A stretch of DNA of 64,000 nucleotides from Raillietiella orientalis (lineage: Eukaryota), in the NCBI GenBank assembly GCA_036172245.1, contig JAYWIR010000090.1:186001-250000 (forward strand), written 5' to 3'. This document shows, one piece after another, positions 61,965-64,000 of the stretch. Made by a program: the position numbers and the translations under genes. Each line of letters begins with the position of its first letter. Positions within the stretch are counted from its first letter, which is position 1. A model generated the notes under the pieces. It was not told where the DNA came from, made no database searches, and was given only the letters and a program-made list of their open reading frames with translations.

Positions 61965-64000
61965 ATGGTAACCAGTGTCGTGCCTAGAAGAGGAATGTTT
62001 TCCTTCGCTGTGATTCATGATGTGGTAGAAATTTGCAACCTTTCAGTCTTTGTAATCAATTTAGAAATCAGGGGATTCTACTATTGCACTATTGCGCCTC
62101 TTCACTAAACATCCACTTACAGTGAGTGGCAAATGGCCGTTATGGAAAGCCTCAATGCCTTCCAATTTCCTGATTTCAGAGGATGATCATGAAGAGTTCG
62201 AAATTTCATTAGGGCGTGTCACTTTGGATTCTGTGTTGTTTTCATGGTAAACAGTGTCGTACCTAGAAGAGGAATCTTTTCTTCCGCTTTTATTCATGAT
62301 GTGGTAGAAATTTACATCCTTTCAGGCTTTGTAATCAATTCGAATTCAGGGGATTTAAACATTGCGCTTTTGCGCTGCTTCACGTGACATCTATTTGCAG
62401 AGAGTGGAAAATTCCCGTCATGGAGAGGCTCAAGGCTTTCCAATTTCCTGAATTCAGAGGATGATTAAGAAGAGTTGGAAATTAGATTAGGGCGTGGCAC
62501 TTTGGTCTCTCTGTTGTTTTCATGGCAACCAGTGTCGTACCTAGAAGGGGAATCTTTTCCTTTCCTCTGATTCATGATGTGGTAGAAATTTGCATCCTTT
62601 CAGGCTTTGTAATCAATTCGAATTCAGGGGATTTAAACATTGCGCTTTTGCGCTGCTTCACGTGACATCTATTTGCAGAGAGTGGAAAATTCCCGTCATG
62701 GAGAGGCTCAAGGCTTTCCAATTTCCTGAATTCAGAGGATGATTAAGAAGAGTTGGAAATTAGATTAGGGCGTGGCACTTTGGTCTCTCTGTTGTTTTCA
62801 TGGTAACCAGTGTCGTACCTAGAAGGGGAATCTTTTCCTTTGCTCTGATTCATTATGTGGTAGAAATTTGCAACTTTTCAAGTTTCGTTATCAATTCGAA
62901 ATCAGGGGATTTAACCATTGCACTTTTGGGCTGCTTCACGTAACATCTATTTGCAGTGAGTGGCAAATTCCCGTCATGGAGAGGCTCAAGGCTTTCCGAT
63001 TTCCTGAATTCAGAGGATGATTATGAAGATCTGGAAATTAGATTAGGGCGTGGCACTTTGGTCTCTCGGTATTTTTCATGGTAACCTGTGTCGTACCTAG
63101 AAGGGGAATCTTTTCCGTTGCCCTGATTCATTATGTGGTAGAAATTTGCAAATTTTCAAGTTTTGTAATGAATTCGAAATCAGGGGATTTAACCATTGCA
63201 CTTTTGCGCTTCTTCACGAAGCATCCATTTGCAGTGAGTGTCAAATTCCCATCATGGAAGGGCTCAAGAGCTTCCTATTTCTTGATTTCAGAGCATGATT
63301 AAGAAGAGCTGGAAATTAGATTAGGCCGTGGCACTTTGGATTCTGTTTTGTTTTCATTGTAACCAGTGTCGTACCTAGAAGAGGAATCTTTTCCTTTGCT
63401 CTGTTTCATTATGTGGTAGAAATTTGCAAATTTTCAAGTTTTGTAATGAATTCGAAATCAGGGGATTTAACCATTGCACTTTTGCGCTTCTTCACGAAGC
63501 ATCCATTTGCAGTGAGTGTCAAATTCCCATCATGGAAGGGCTCAAGAGCTTCCTATTTCTTGATTTCAGAGCATGATTAAGAAGAGCTGGAAATTAGATA
63601 AGGCCGTGGCACTTTGGTCTCTCTGTTGTTTTCATGGAAACCTGTGTCGTACCGAGAAGGGGAATCTTTTCCGTTGCCCTGATTCATTATGTGGTAGAAA
63701 TTTGCAACTTTTCAAGTTTTGTAATCAATTCGAAATCAGGGGATTTAAGCATTGCTCTCTTGCGCTTCTTCACGAAGCATCTAGTTGCAGTAAGTGGCAA
63801 ATTCCCGTCATGGAGAGGCTCAACACCTTCCTATTTTTTAATTTCAGAGGATCATTACGAAGAGTCCGTAATTTCATTAGGCCGTGGCACTTTGATCTCT
63901 CTGTTGTTTTCATGGTAAGCAGTGTCGTACCTAGAAAAGGAATCTTTTTGTTCGCTCTGATTCATGATGTGGTAGAAATTTGCAGCCTTTCAGGTTTTCT

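Larger units (their letters stand above)
1..64000. repeat. Tandem satellite DNA array, ~278 bp monomer, ~230 head-to-tail copies; extends beyond both window edges
   Basis: The anchor 'catggtaac(c/a)agtgtcgt(a/g)cctagaagagg' recurs at 3, 281, 559, 837, 1115, 1393, 1671, 1949 ... 63634, 63912. Spacing is 278 bp, occasionally 276, 277 or 279. I saw no non-repeat sequence or strand switch. Confidence 0.99.

Noticed and set aside
3..63918. Array of ~94 aa ORFs (MVTSVVPRRG...) with overlapping stop/start (ATGGTAA), resembling a tandem gene family or diversified cassette system
   Set aside because: These are one reading frame of the satellite monomer. 278 is not a multiple of 3, many copies carry stops or frameshifts, many variants are non-synonymous, there is no intergenic space, and I recognise no protein domain. 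A dN/dS near 1 would confirm the rejection.
1..64000. CRISPR array or integron-like cassette array
   Set aside because: There are no unique spacers or cassettes: the entire 278 bp unit is homologous between copies, and no cas or integrase gene is present.

Overview
The whole 64 kb window is one uninterrupted, head-to-tail tandem satellite array of a ~278 bp monomer (about 230 copies, all in the same orientation, ~42% GC in the first copy). It looks like eukaryotic centromeric or heterochromatic satellite DNA; I cannot assign the species or family. I find no credible genes, RNA genes, transposons or CRISPR array. The many 'MVTSVVPRRG...' ORFs are one frame of the monomer read repeatedly. The real structure lies at three scales. 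(1) About 180 bp of each monomer is a degenerate fold-back (inverted repeat) centred on ATTTGC-N8-GCAAAT, and a second short dyad at the monomer junction (GTTTTCATGGTAAC) resembles an RFX X-box. (2) More than a dozen recognisable monomer variants (my own letter labels) are ordered into irregular higher-order repeats of 2, 4, 5, 9, 10 and 15 monomers. There are also multi-kb duplications at offsets of ~10.8, ~16.4-17 and ~23.6-23.9 kb, and chimeric monomers mark many of the recombination breakpoints. (3) A homogeneous, recently amplified left and middle part grades into a more divergent domain at ~50.6-58.4 kb with a decayed 5/6-mer periodicity. All comparisons were made by eye, and no alignment was computed.
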